Source: Bdellovibrionales bacterium (GTDB taxonomy: Bacteria > Bdellovibrionota > Bdellovibrionia > Bdellovibrionales > UBA1609). Taken from it: a stretch of DNA of 64,000 nt. Made by a program: the position numbers and the translations under genes. The stretch spans positions 160,001-224,000 of the forward strand of contig DAHVQG010000002.1 in assembly GCA_027317865.1 (NCBI GenBank), written 5' to 3'. Below are positions 1-9,663 of the stretch, piece by piece (position 1 is the stretch's first letter; the number at the start of each line of letters is the position of its first letter). The notes beneath the pieces are model-generated. The model was given only the letters and a program-made list of their open reading frames with translations, ran no database searches and was not told where the DNA came from.

Positions 1-97
1 CTTGTATATTTCGTTTACGCGAGCACGCCTTTTGCACAATTGTAAACATTGAAGACGAAGCCAAATGTTTGTGGGGCATAACTTGGGGGTAAAAATT

Positions 98-748
98 ATG
101 AAAACTCATATTATAGCCTACGCAATCGGCATCTCTGCCGTGGCATTATTCTTTCAAAACTGTGGCAAAGTGAGCTTTAGTAGCGCCAATTCAACGCGTG
201 CGCTTACGACGCAGACTGTTCCAAACTCTCCCAGCCCAACTCCAGGGCCAACCAATATAACAAATGGGTACGGTTCGAACACAAACACCACGGTAACGAA
301 TTCCGATACTAATACTAATACTAATACTGATGTTGATACGGATACTGATCCTGATGCGGTCGGTAGCAAACCAAGCTGTGCAGGACATGATACGAATTAT
401 GGCGACGATAGTAATTCCAACGATGACAACAATTATGATCACGATGATCCGGGCACGGACGATGCGAATTCAACACAATGGGTGGAATGTGACCTCGGCA
501 GCCCCAGCGTGAAGATCGTACTGACCGAAACCGGTAAGGGCCTTGACAGCAGTCAATCTAATGCCGAAACAACGCGAGTATGTATGTCGCCTGCTGCCTG
601 CGAAAGCATCAATACTTATGATCAAGGTGCGCAGGCGTTTCCGGGCAGTAACGGAACTTGTCACGATGCCGAATTGCTGACCGACGCACAAGTGGCCAGT
701 TTGCTAAAAAATAACGGAGGGCTTGTCGCTTCTAACGCCGGCAATTAG
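98..748 (+). CDS. Hypothetical lipoprotein with low-complexity T/N/D linker and Cys-containing C-terminal domain
   Basis: Signal peptide ending LFFQNC (lipoprotein-like). Start moved to ATG 98 after GGGGG. Confidence 0.75.
   Translation: MKTHIIAYAIGISAVALFFQNCGKVSFSSANSTRALTTQTVPNSPSPTPGPTNITNGYGSNTNTTVTNSDTNTNTNTDVDTDTDPDAVGSKPSCAGHDTNYGDDSNSNDDNNYDHDDPGTDDANSTQWVECDLGSPSVKIVLTETGKGLDSSQSNAETTRVCMSPAACESINTYDQGAQAFPGSNGTCHDAELLTDAQVASLLKNNGGLVASNAGN
305..358 (+). repeat. In-frame hexamer tandem repeat (GATACT/AATACT, then GATNNN) encoding TNTNTNTDVDTDTDPD
   Basis: gatact aatact aatact aatact gatgtt gatacg gatact gatcct gatgcg. Confidence 0.7.
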
Positions 749-755
749 CGTTAGT

Positions 756-1208
756 TTAGTTGCTTTTTTTGAGATTTCGAATTTCGCGCAAAACTTCTTC
801 GTAGGTCGCCTGATAGTTCATGAGCTTGATCTCTTGTTCTGTCGCGACCTTTTGCATGTGATGGATTCGTCCCTCGAAGCTATTAATCAGTTGGTTATGC
901 CGATCAAACAATTCTTGAGTTTTTGCCTCGGCCATGCGCCGTTCGTTGATTTTTGAATAAATCGTCGCGTTTTGCTTTGCAGTCGTCTCGGCTAGTATTT
1001 TGATCTGCTCGCCAAGAGCCTTTTGCCCGGCTGTCAACTTTTGAATCTTCTGTTCCATAAGATGGGCCCAGCGGTCCAACTTTTGATTAACAGCTTCAAT
1101 TTGGGCCTCGAGCTCACTAATTTGCTTTTCTTGCAAGGGTGCGCCGTCCACTTTCAAGATGGGGGTTTCAGTTGGACCGAACAATTGCGGGTTAAGCGTA
1201 CGAGCCAT
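756..1208 (-). CDS. Hypothetical coiled-coil protein
   Basis: ORF MARTLNPQLFG... with Q/E/K-rich helical sequence. Confidence 0.7.
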   Translation of the reverse strand: MARTLNPQLFGPTETPILKVDGAPLQEKQISELEAQIEAVNQKLDRWAHLMEQKIQKLTAGQKALGEQIKILAETTAKQNATIYSKINERRMAEAKTQELFDRHNQLINSFEGRIHHMQKVATEQEIKLMNYQATYEEVLREIRNLKKSN

Positions 1209-1313
1209 AGACAACACGCCAGCTTCAGTTCAGCTAACGCCTCCTCGTGTGATTATTTTGACACTTTTTCCTGGACTGTAAACAGAAAATCTCCCTATGG
1301 TGAGGATATGTTA

Positions 1314-2126
1314 ATGTCGGTAGGCGAAGTTGCACATTTTATTTTCGAACTTGAACCGCAGAAAAATCCCGCCCGGCTTGCCTTTTATTCTTATCTTAAT
1401 TCGTTTTTGCCGCCCGATAAAACATTTACCCAAGAAATGCTTGATGTGTTTTACGATCGTGCGCTCACTCTTGCCCATTGGCAAACAAACAAGCAACACT
1501 TGGGCGAAACGATTCGCGATGATTTGCTCAAGGTAAATGAACTGGGCAAAGAAAAGCAAACCGGGCTTGCGTTTGACCCCGATCAAGCGCTTCACTGTTG
1601 TGATTTTCAAGTTGTACCACTAGAGACTCCGCGAGATTTTCAAGCCCTTCTTGAAAAGGCTGTGGAAAAATTTGAAGGGTTCGGTGAAAAGGTTCGTTTA
1701 TTTGCGCTTAGAGACGGTTTCACTCATACGCGGCAAGAAGTTTTGGTTGTGCGATTGCAGAAAAGCGGTTCACTCATCGTTGATATTCAGCCCAATGTCG
1801 CCATTATTGTCGACGGCGAGTTGCAATTAGTGCGGCCCCATTCGCGCTTAACTTATTCACACTCGCTCGATCTTGAACCGGGGGTCGAACAAATTTTGGC
1901 CACTTCAGTTCTCAGGGTTGCACGGTTTCAAAAATCCGGCACAAATGTGGCCGGGGCATACATTCAAGGCATTAACTTCGCGCAATCCAGTCCTTTTGAA
2001 AAACCAATTAGCGAGATTCCAGAACTTCTGCGAGCAGTTAAACGAATTGAAAGGTATTACATTAACCCCGCATCTGATCCCTATTATCAAGATCTATATG
2101 AAACACTTAAAACAGATTCGCCTTAA
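1314..2126 (+). CDS. Hypothetical protein
   Basis: Long ORF. GAGGA SD at 1302-1306 favours ATG 1314 (or 1308) over 1023. Overlaps the rluB start. Confidence 0.7.
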   Translation: MSVGEVAHFIFELEPQKNPARLAFYSYLNSFLPPDKTFTQEMLDVFYDRALTLAHWQTNKQHLGETIRDDLLKVNELGKEKQTGLAFDPDQALHCCDFQVVPLETPRDFQALLEKAVEKFEGFGEKVRLFALRDGFTHTRQEVLVVRLQKSGSLIVDIQPNVAIIVDGELQLVRPHSRLTYSHSLDLEPGVEQILATSVLRVARFQKSGTNVAGAYIQGINFAQSSPFEKPISEIPELLRAVKRIERYYINPASDPYYQDLYETLKTDSP

Positions 2127-2859
2127 CAAGTTTATAGCCATGTCCGGGGTTGCGAGCCGGCGGCATGCCGATGACCTTATCGTTCAAGGTTTTGTTCGCG
2201 TAAACGGTAAAACAATTACCGATCTTGGCACTCGTGTTAGCCCTGAGCAAGATCGAGTATTTGTGCAAAATAAGCCGATTCATGCGGTTCGCGATCTCGT
2301 CTATATCGCTTTTCATAAACCCATTCACGTGGTCACAACGATGAATGATCCGCAAGGGAGGCCAAGTCTAGCCGAATACTTCTCGAAAGCGCGCATTCGC
2401 CTCTTCCCGGTAGGGCGATTGGACTGGGATTCTGAAGGGATTCTTCTTCTAACCAATGACGGGGCCTTTGCCCAAAAGGTTTCGCATCCAAAATATGGTG
2501 TCGCAAAAACTTATCTAGCCAAATTGAGCGGCCAACCTACTGATGAACAGCTGCAAAAACTTATGCGTGGTGTTTCAATTATTGGCGGCAAGGCCCGCGC
2601 GCAATACGTCGAACGAATTCGAAGCAGCGGCAAATACGATTGGGTTAAAATAATAATCGATGAAGGGCGGAACCGCCAGATTCGCCAAATGTTTCAAAAA
2701 ATCGGCTTTGATGTCAAAAAGCTCCAACGTGTGGCTATTGGGTCGCTTCGATTAGGCGCACTTGAGCGCGGAAAATTTCGAATTCTTACCGAAACCGATC
2801 TCGAAAAGGTTTTTCGCGCCCCGAAAGAACTCACGGCACGCGCGCGGTGGCTTGCATAA
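2098..2859 (+). CDS. rluB: 23S rRNA pseudouridine synthase (RluB/RsuA family, S4 domain)
   Basis: RLNKFIAMSGVASRR S4 domain; VGRLDWDSEGILLLTNDG; EGRNRQIRQM. Confidence 0.88.
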   Translation: MKHLKQIRLNKFIAMSGVASRRHADDLIVQGFVRVNGKTITDLGTRVSPEQDRVFVQNKPIHAVRDLVYIAFHKPIHVVTTMNDPQGRPSLAEYFSKARIRLFPVGRLDWDSEGILLLTNDGAFAQKVSHPKYGVAKTYLAKLSGQPTDEQLQKLMRGVSIIGGKARAQYVERIRSSGKYDWVKIIIDEGRNRQIRQMFQKIGFDVKKLQRVAIGSLRLGALERGKFRILTETDLEKVFRAPKELTARARWLA

Positions 2860-3646
2860 ACGAATCGAACGTAATGGCGTTCGGGTTTTTCATAACATCA
2901 TGAAATTCGCGCTTCATCGAATCGACAAGCTCTTTATCGACTTGCCCCGCCCGCAGAAGCTCATCTACGGCACTCAACATCAATTCTTCTCGATCGCGCA
3001 GCAGTTTTTCGCGCAGTTCCGGCTCGCGCTTGTCTGCGTACATAAGCTTCACGTTTGTGCGCACGTCGGTGTAGCCGGCATCGCGCAAGAAATTACCCAG
3101 TTTTACGCCGACAAATGGGTCGCCACTCCGATCGTATTGATAGTCGTTAAAAGCCATCCAAAACTTCCAAATTGCGGGGCAATAGGGGTCCAAGAAATAC
3201 GAGAAGTTCATCACCTCAGAAATGACAATCCGCGAACCCGGTTTAAGCACACGTCGAACTTCACCTAAAACACGCATAGGATTTGGCATGTGCTCCATCA
3301 CCCAACAGATAAAAGCTCCGCCAAACGTATTTTCCGCAAACGTCATTTTCTCAGCGTTCATTTTGTGAATTTCAAAGCGATCACGGGCGTAATCGAGTTG
3401 GCCAAGAGTCTCTCGTGCCGCCTGCAATTGTTCGTCATTTATGTCAATACATGTGATCTTTAGGTGCGGAAAGCGGCGAAGCAAAATTTGTGTCTGCGCG
3501 CCGACGCCACATCCGACTTCAAGCAAATGCTCAGTTTGTGAAAAATTGACGTCTTGATATATAACAAACTCAGTCAGCTCCGCTTGCCGACGGAGCCGAT
3601 CTTGTTCAACAGTCGAATAGCCATGAATGTATTTCTGTTCAGTCAT
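2831..3646 (-). CDS. Class I SAM-dependent methyltransferase
   Basis: LLEVGCGVG motif I; VLGEVRRVLKPG. Confidence 0.85.
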   Translation of the reverse strand: MTEQKYIHGYSTVEQDRLRRQAELTEFVIYQDVNFSQTEHLLEVGCGVGAQTQILLRRFPHLKITCIDINDEQLQAARETLGQLDYARDRFEIHKMNAEKMTFAENTFGGAFICWVMEHMPNPMRVLGEVRRVLKPGSRIVISEVMNFSYFLDPYCPAIWKFWMAFNDYQYDRSGDPFVGVKLGNFLRDAGYTDVRTNVKLMYADKREPELREKLLRDREELMLSAVDELLRAGQVDKELVDSMKREFHDVMKNPNAITFDSFMQATARVP

Positions 3647-4307
3647 CTGAATTGTCACACCGGCAGTGTTCTTTTCTTCGTTGCGCTCGCTTCCAAGCAC
3701 GATAACGTTCAGAATAATCCCGGTATTGCTCCAAAAATTCTTGTCGTTTATCTTCTAAGTTCGAATTAAAATCGTCAATCCGCTCGTGCCAGGCGGAATC
3801 AAAGTCGCCACGCTTTTGTATTTCGTTGGAATTGAAATTTTCTTCTTGATCAGCCTGTCGTTCAAAAAATCGTTCGCGTTCGGAAGCAGTATGGTGCTCG
3901 CTTAAAAATCGACGGCGCGCCTCGCGTTGTTTACGATCGAAAGCGTCACGCTCCCGCTGCTCTTTATGATCGTAATTTTCACGCGACCTCTCTTCTTTTT
4001 TATCAAATCGTTCGCGTTCACGCTCAAACATCCGTTCGTACCGTTCTTGAATGTTTTCTGGTGGCAATCGCACTTGGCCAAAAAATTTAAGCAGACTTTT
4101 GAGTTTATCATTAGCCCTTCGTCGATCTTTTGGAATAGCCGCGCGTAACTTTGCGATTTCAGCCTGATCGCTTTTAAGCGAAACATTGGCCAAATTGCTG
4201 TGTGAACCGTAGTGGCCCGAGTTCAGCGCGCAACCGTTTAAAAAAACTAGGGCCCCCAGACCCGCGACCAAGATCAGAATTGTGATCGACCAAAGATGAG
4301 TCTTCAT
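3639..4307 (-). CDS. Hypothetical lipoprotein with charged helical domain
   Basis: Hydrophobic N-terminus with FLNGC lipobox; R/E/D-rich helices. Confidence 0.7.
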   Translation of the reverse strand: MKTHLWSITILILVAGLGALVFLNGCALNSGHYGSHSNLANVSLKSDQAEIAKLRAAIPKDRRRANDKLKSLLKFFGQVRLPPENIQERYERMFERERERFDKKEERSRENYDHKEQRERDAFDRKQREARRRFLSEHHTASERERFFERQADQEENFNSNEIQKRGDFDSAWHERIDDFNSNLEDKRQEFLEQYRDYSERYRAWKRAQRRKEHCRCDNSDD

Positions 4308-4362
4308 GACCTCAATGATAGAAGAGCTTTTTTAAAAACACAATGAGGCGGTAACATGAATT

Positions 4363-5025
4363 ATGCTCCCACAGCAAGATTCACATTACCTTCAACCCTC
4401 CGGTTATACTCGCCGAAACAGCGGCTTTATAGATCGTGAATTTCAACTTAAATACACGCGTTATCTTTTATGGATGTCCGGACTGATCGCGCTCGTATTT
4501 TTACTGCCGCCGTTCTACTATTGCTTTCAAAACTACGGGATTTTTATACGCCTTGCCGATCTCAATGATCCGCGGCTTGCTCATTTTTTGATTAGCGAAC
4601 GGTTTTACCTGGTTGTTTACTTTGGTGTCGCGGCCCTGGCACAATTTGGATTTTGGATCGTGTTTAGCCGGCGTATGTCCGCCAAGATCGTTGGTCCGGC
4701 AAAGCTGTTGCGCAACCACATTAGGCTTATCAGCCGCGGTGATTTTTCTCTGCCTGCCCTTCGCATTCGCGATGACGATGAATTCAAGGACCTCATCGGC
4801 TCCTACAATTATTTCTATTCGCTTCTCAAAACGCAATATGAACGCGAACTCGAGGATCTAAACAATCTTAAAAAAATGACTACAAATGCGGGGGCGCTCG
4901 ATCTCATTAAAGAAATGACCGAGGTTCGCGCCAAGCGCCTTGGCCAAATTCCGCTTAACCCGAATGACCCCGCGAACTCGCTCGAAGAGCCCGCGACATC
5001 TCGCGATTCGCGTCACGCATCTTAA
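4363..5025 (+). CDS. Two-TM membrane protein with HAMP-like domain
   Basis: Two hydrophobic segments, then IVGPAKLLRNHIRLISRGDFS...RDDDEFKDLIGSYN. Confidence 0.7.
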   Translation: MLPQQDSHYLQPSGYTRRNSGFIDREFQLKYTRYLLWMSGLIALVFLLPPFYYCFQNYGIFIRLADLNDPRLAHFLISERFYLVVYFGVAALAQFGFWIVFSRRMSAKIVGPAKLLRNHIRLISRGDFSLPALRIRDDDEFKDLIGSYNYFYSLLKTQYERELEDLNNLKKMTTNAGALDLIKEMTEVRAKRLGQIPLNPNDPANSLEEPATSRDSRHAS

Positions 5026-5422
5026 TCGCGCTGCGCTTATCACCTTTCTTTTTACCTTTCACAATTGCGATTTCGACTTTCACGCGACCGTTTTTAAAAT
5101 ACATTTTAAGCGGCACGCATGACATGCCCTTTTCGTTAACCGCGGCCGAAATGCGGCTGATTTCATGCCGATTGAGAAGAAGTTTTCGCAATCGCTCGGG
5201 AGCATGATTATTATACGAACTCGCTTTGTACGGGCTAATGTGCGACTTTTGCAAAAACATTTCGTCACCCACAAAACTGATGTAAGCATCTTTTAGATTG
5301 GCGCCACCTTGCCGCAGCGATTTGACTTCGCTACCCAAAAGCGCGATGCCGGCTTCGTAAGTATCGAAAATATGGTAATCAAATCTCGCCTTGCGATTTT
5401 CAACAATGACTTTAATGCTCAT
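4955..5422 (-). CDS. smpB: SsrA-binding protein
   Basis: NRKARFDY..YEAGIALLGSEVKSLR; RKLLLN; GKKKGDKR. Confidence 0.97.
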   Translation of the reverse strand: MSIKVIVENRKARFDYHIFDTYEAGIALLGSEVKSLRQGGANLKDAYISFVGDEMFLQKSHISPYKASSYNNHAPERLRKLLLNRHEISRISAAVNEKGMSCVPLKMYFKNGRVKVEIAIVKGKKKGDKRSAIKMRDANREMSRALRASSRGHSG

Positions 5423-5423
5423 C

Positions 5424-6266
5424 TCAACCGCCAGCTATTTTGTTAAAAAGAGCCAAATATTGATCCACCGTAAGCTCCTCAGGTCGAGCCGTCTCACTTA
5501 AACCAAACCCTGTCAACAACCCCCTCACTTGCCCCTCGTAGCTTTTTAAATTTTTGACCAAAAGCTTTCGTCGGTATTGAAAGGCCTGTTTGATAAACGC
5601 TAAAAATTTTCGATCAGATGCCACTTCTTTTTTACGCGCAAACTTTAAAACTCGGCTTGAAACATTCGGCTTCGGATAGAAACATTCAGGTGACGCATCG
5701 ACTACCTTTTCTATTGTCCAATAAGCCTGCGCTATAACTGAGAGCAGGCCGTAATCGGCACTACGCGCCGAAGCCACTAATCGATCCGCAACCTCTCTTT
5801 GAAACATGAGTACCATAAACGGAATAGGGAAATCGTCAAAAGACCTTTCCACAACAATCCGCGAAGCGATCTGATATGGGAGGTTACTGACAAGTACAGA
5901 CTTGTTTATTTTTGACGCCCGATCATCTTGTTTTAAGTGTTCGCTCCAATCCATTTTGAGGGCATCATTTTCAATGACATTTTCGCCGCGCGACCGCCAA
6001 TAGGCCGCAAATTTTCGGTCAAATTCAATTAGGATACGGTCCTTTTCTAATTTAATAAGCTCGTCGGTCAACGCGCCTAACCCAGGGCCGATTTCGATGA
6101 TTTGCAGTACCGGTAACGCATTCACGGCCTTTACAATTTGGCTAACCACATATGGGTCGATCAAAAAGTTTTGACCCAGCGCCCGCTTGGGCCGCAGCTC
6201 CAACTCTTGCATCCGCTCAAGCAATTTTTCTTTGAGACTTTTTGTGTGCGCCCCACTGTCATTCAT
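5424..6266 (-). CDS. rsmA: 16S rRNA adenine dimethyltransferase
   Basis: LGQNFL, EIGPGLGALT, SNLPYQI, FYPKPNVSS. Confidence 0.95.
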   Translation of the reverse strand: MNDSGAHTKSLKEKLLERMQELELRPKRALGQNFLIDPYVVSQIVKAVNALPVLQIIEIGPGLGALTDELIKLEKDRILIEFDRKFAAYWRSRGENVIENDALKMDWSEHLKQDDRASKINKSVLVSNLPYQIASRIVVERSFDDFPIPFMVLMFQREVADRLVASARSADYGLLSVIAQAYWTIEKVVDASPECFYPKPNVSSRVLKFARKKEVASDRKFLAFIKQAFQYRRKLLVKNLKSYEGQVRGLLTGFGLSETARPEELTVDQYLALFNKIAGG

Positions 6267-7343
6267 CTAGAGTCGCTCATCCAAGCCGCTCAAATTCAAA
6301 TAAAAATCATTTTTTAGTGACGACGCCGAAGGCGCCAGACGCTGATCGGATCGCTCGCCGCGACGTAAACGCCACGCCCCGATCAAACCCACCATAGCCG
6401 CATTATCAGTACAATATTTAAGTGACGGCATAAAAAGTTTGAGACCGTTCTTGCGCGCCCATTTAAGGGCCAACTCACGAAGACGGGAATTGGCGCAAAC
6501 TCCACCCGTGATCACGATATTTTCATAACCCGTTCTCTTTTGCGCCGCCTCAAGTTTCAACATTAGACTTGAAACCACCGCTTCTTGAAAGCTTGCGCAA
6601 AGATTGTATTTTTCATTTTCTAATTCGCTTTTATTGAGCGACTCAACCATTCGAACTGCAGCTGACTTCAGGCCAGAAAAACTAAAATTCAAGTTTTGCG
6701 AGTCTTTCATTGTTATCGGAAAGTCATAGCGCGAAGAATCGCCAAGTTTTGCCATAGCGTCAACCTTTGCGCCGCCCGGAAATCCCAAACCCAGAACTTT
6801 ACCGAATTTATCAAGCGCTTCGCCGGCGGCGTCGTCTACGGTTCTGCCCAGCATTTGATATTCACCTATGCCTCGCACGTCGAACAGTTGAGTATGGCCG
6901 CCGCTCACGGTAAGTGCCAAATACGGAAATTGAACACCGCTTTGCCCAGTTTCTTGGTCAAACAAAAATGGCGCAATGAGGTGCGCTTCTTGGTGATTAA
7001 TGCCGACAAATGGTTTGCTGTAAATGAGCGCAAGAGTTTTCGCCGTGACCACCCCAACGAGTAAAGAGCCAATGAGGCCGGGCCGATTCGTCACCGCAAT
7101 TCCATCGATCTGTTGCCAAGACCAATTTGTCTTTTTTAAAACTTCGTCTAGCAGCGGAAGAATCTGGAGCGTGTGATTGCGACTGGCGATTTCAGGTACA
7201 ACGCCGCCGAACGGTTGATGGACTAAATCTTGATTAGCAGTCAAACAAATAACGACATAACCGTCAGATCGAACTATCGCAATTGAAGTATCATCACAGC
7301 TTGTTTCAATTGCCAGTACGTGTTCGAATCTGGAATCCATCAT
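6267..7343 (-). CDS. tsaD: tRNA N6-threonylcarbamoyltransferase
   Basis: AIETSCDDT, GGVVPEIASRNH, VSGGHT, DDAAGEALDK, CTDNAAM. Confidence 0.97.
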   Translation of the reverse strand: MMDSRFEHVLAIETSCDDTSIAIVRSDGYVVICLTANQDLVHQPFGGVVPEIASRNHTLQILPLLDEVLKKTNWSWQQIDGIAVTNRPGLIGSLLVGVVTAKTLALIYSKPFVGINHQEAHLIAPFLFDQETGQSGVQFPYLALTVSGGHTQLFDVRGIGEYQMLGRTVDDAAGEALDKFGKVLGLGFPGGAKVDAMAKLGDSSRYDFPITMKDSQNLNFSFSGLKSAAVRMVESLNKSELENEKYNLCASFQEAVVSSLMLKLEAAQKRTGYENIVITGGVCANSRLRELALKWARKNGLKLFMPSLKYCTDNAAMVGLIGAWRLRRGERSDQRLAPSASSLKNDFYLNLSGLDERL

Positions 7344-8011
7344 TTAAGCGCTTTTAATTTTTCAGCTGCCCGTTTGCCCCACAATGTTTTGGGATATTTT
7401 TGCGCAACTTCAGCGTAAAATGTTTTTGCGTCCGACTTCATCCCCAGTTTAGAGAATGAAAAGCCGATTTTATAGGTCGCTTCGGCGTAATGCAGGCCGT
7501 GCGGATAAATCTGCCGGTACTTTTGAAATTCAACGATAGCTTGTTGCCATTTTTTTTCAGCGAAACTCTGTCGCGCCTCTACAATAACATTTAAGTTGGG
7601 CCGCCTTGGTTCAAATCGTCTTTGCTTGCTGAGCTTGTCATAGCTTGTCCGCAAAGCTTCGATCTCTTGTTGAAGCTGCATGTATTCGGTATCGAGTTTT
7701 GTGAGTTCGCTTTCATAGACTTTATCGTTGCCTTCGATTGTCGTTACTCGTGAGTCAAGAGTCGATAAATCACTCGCATGGTTTGTTTGCATTGTATTTA
7801 CGCTGTTTTCAAGATCTCCGACCCGTCCGCGAAGATGGCGAATTTCTGAGTCAATTTGGTCCATTTGATTAACTTCGTTAGCTTGTTGAATTTGCTGATT
7901 GGTCGGCGGAACCGGCGCCACCGCTTGACGAATCTCACCACGAGTGACCAAACATCCGGATAGTAACCCGGACAACATGATCACTACTGCCATTTTGTAG
8001 ATACTCTTCAT
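7340..8011 (-). CDS. cpoB: Tol-Pal associated coiled-coil/TPR lipoprotein (CpoB/YbgF-like)
   Basis: LSGC lipobox, coiled coil, C-terminal TPRs; downstream of pal. Confidence 0.75.
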   Translation of the reverse strand: MKSIYKMAVVIMLSGLLSGCLVTRGEIRQAVAPVPPTNQQIQQANEVNQMDQIDSEIRHLRGRVGDLENSVNTMQTNHASDLSTLDSRVTTIEGNDKVYESELTKLDTEYMQLQQEIEALRTSYDKLSKQRRFEPRRPNLNVIVEARQSFAEKKWQQAIVEFQKYRQIYPHGLHYAEATYKIGFSFSKLGMKSDAKTFYAEVAQKYPKTLWGKRAAEKLKALK

Positions 8012-8058
8012 TTCTCGCCTCGCTCGCTCATAAGAAAATATCGTTTGCCAGAGGGCAC

Positions 8059-8361
8059 CTAATTCGCGTCACCGTCGTCAGATTTTTTTAACATCGTATA
8101 GTCTTCCGCTTTTTCAGCATATTGTCTGGCCAATGTAAAATCCTTACGAGCATCTGAATACTCGCGGTCACTAAAATTCCGCTGACCCTTAACGTAATAC
8201 TGTTGGGCTTTGATGTACAAGGTCGGAGCGTATTGAGCCGCTTCAGCTGACTTAGCGGCTAAGATTGCCGTGTTAGCTAACACGTATGCACCACGAGGTG
8301 CCGGCCCCACGCACCCTGACAACAAAAATGCTACAAAACCGGTTGTCAGGAGGCGGGTCAT
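8059..8361 (-). CDS. Small lipoprotein (DUF4398-like)
   Basis: LSGC lipobox; AKSAEAAQYAP...ARQYAEKAE. Confidence 0.65.
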   Translation of the reverse strand: MTRLLTTGFVAFLLSGCVGPAPRGAYVLANTAILAAKSAEAAQYAPTLYIKAQQYYVKGQRNFSDREYSDARKDFTLARQYAEKAEDYTMLKKSDDGDAN

Positions 8362-8371
8362 AATTAGATTT

Positions 8372-8890
8372 TTAGTCGTTTAGTGGGACAAAGTTAGCGC
8401 GACGATTTTTAGCCCATGCTGCTGGGTTATTGTGCGGGTCAATTGGTTTTTCTTTACCGTAAGAAATAACCGTCAAATGACTGCGGCTAACACCCAATCG
8501 TACAAGGTATGCGCGAACCGATTTTGCTCGACGCTCCCCTAGGGCTAAGTTGTATTCAACCGAACCACGCTGATCGCAATGACCTTCGATTTGAACTGTA
8601 ACTTGGCTGTGATTTTTCATCCACTCGGAGTCTTTGATTAATAGTTTGCGGTTGACCCCTGTAATAGCCGACGAGTTAAACGCAAAATGTATAGTGTAGA
8701 GACCAGGAATTTGACCGCTGTCGCTACCATCAGCAGGAAAGTTAAGCGGTGCTTGCGATATCGCTCCGCCATTTGCGCCCGCGCCGGTACCTTCTTTCAC
8801 CTTTTTGTGGGCACAAGAAACAGTAAATGCCAGGGCGACTGACAAAATGCCATAAATGCCAATTCGACGCAGTTGATGCTGATGTTTCAT
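8372..8890 (-). CDS. pal: Peptidoglycan-associated lipoprotein
   Basis: IEGHCDQRGSVEYNLALGERRA; ISYGKEKP; KNRR. Confidence 0.95.
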   Translation of the reverse strand: MKHQHQLRRIGIYGILSVALAFTVSCAHKKVKEGTGAGANGGAISQAPLNFPADGSDSGQIPGLYTIHFAFNSSAITGVNRKLLIKDSEWMKNHSQVTVQIEGHCDQRGSVEYNLALGERRAKSVRAYLVRLGVSRSHLTVISYGKEKPIDPHNNPAAWAKNRRANFVPLND

Positions 8891-9048
8891 TGCAATACTA
8901 CTCCTTAATGATTTTGTTCTTAGTTTTAAATTACAGTGTCACTGTCACAGTTTCGAAAAACGGACCAAAGTTGTCAAAATAATTCGGAACTCGGATGCAT
9001 TCGGTTCGTCGCGGCTCAGAGTCATCCAAAAACGACGAACTGCGACTT

Positions 9049-9140
9049 TGTACAGCTCTTGCATAACACCTCAAAACCAGAATGCAACGTTACGCGCCGA
9101 AAATTTAATCGGCGCTAAATAAACCGAAAGGAGCTGTACA
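9049..9140 (+). promoter_or_regulatory. Structured ssb leader whose outer stem covers the SD and start
   Basis: TGTACAGCTC (9049-9058) is the exact reverse complement of GAGCTGTACA (9131-9140). Internal stems at 9059-9064/9082-9087 and 9094-9100/9109-9115. Confidence 0.5.
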
Positions 9141-9544
9141 TGACAGGTCTTAATCGAATCTTTCTTATGGGTTACCTTGGGAGTACTCCTAAAATCGCCA
9201 TCTCAAGCAAGGGGACTCCATACACAACGCTCTCAATTGCGTCGCCTAAGAAAAAAGCGGAAGGCGAGACCGGAAGCGCAGTTGATTGGCACCAAGTACG
9301 AGTTTGGGGTAAACAAAGTGAATTGTGCGCAAAGTTTCTTAACAAAGGCCGCGTTGTGCTAGTTGAAGGATATCTGTCACAGTATGCACTTGAAAATGCG
9401 GGTAAAAAGGAGCGTCGCACCGCCATTAACGCGGTCCGCGTTGATTGGTTGCCGAGAGCACCCGAACGAGATGGTTTGATATCGGAACCGCATTCCGAAC
9501 AATTAGCGCTCGAACCACAAGAAAACGCTTCAGTACAAGCGTAG
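9140..9544 (+). CDS. ssb: Single-stranded DNA-binding protein (short paralog-type)
   Basis: LNRIFLMGYLG, DWHQVRVWGKQSE, KGRVVLVEG OB-fold. No DDDIPF-type C-terminal tip. Confidence 0.85.
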   Translation: MTGLNRIFLMGYLGSTPKIAISSKGTPYTTLSIASPKKKAEGETGSAVDWHQVRVWGKQSELCAKFLNKGRVVLVEGYLSQYALENAGKKERRTAINAVRVDWLPRAPERDGLISEPHSEQLALEPQENASVQA

Positions 9545-9663
9545 CTTGACTTTTCGACCGGCGCGTTGAATCCTATGTTTGCGCTCCGCAGCGCAATATG
9601 TGCCAGGCTTAGACATATCGCGAGATACGTCGGTTCGTGGCTACACATAGTGGGGGACAATGC

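Noticed and set aside
21-36. sigma54-like GAGCAC-GCCTT-TTGCA upstream of the first gene
   Set aside because: The invariant -24 GG is AG, so it is too uncertain to call.
305-358. Repeat array as CRISPR or phase-variable tract
   Set aside because: It is a 6-bp in-frame coding repeat, with no spacers or cas genes.
4955-5422. tmRNA or an integrated element next to smpB
   Set aside because: There is no intergenic space, integrase or att-like repeat.
9048-9063. sigma54-like TTGTAC-AGCTC-TTGCA upstream of ssb
   Set aside because: It lacks the -24 GG and is better explained as the arm of the inverted repeat.
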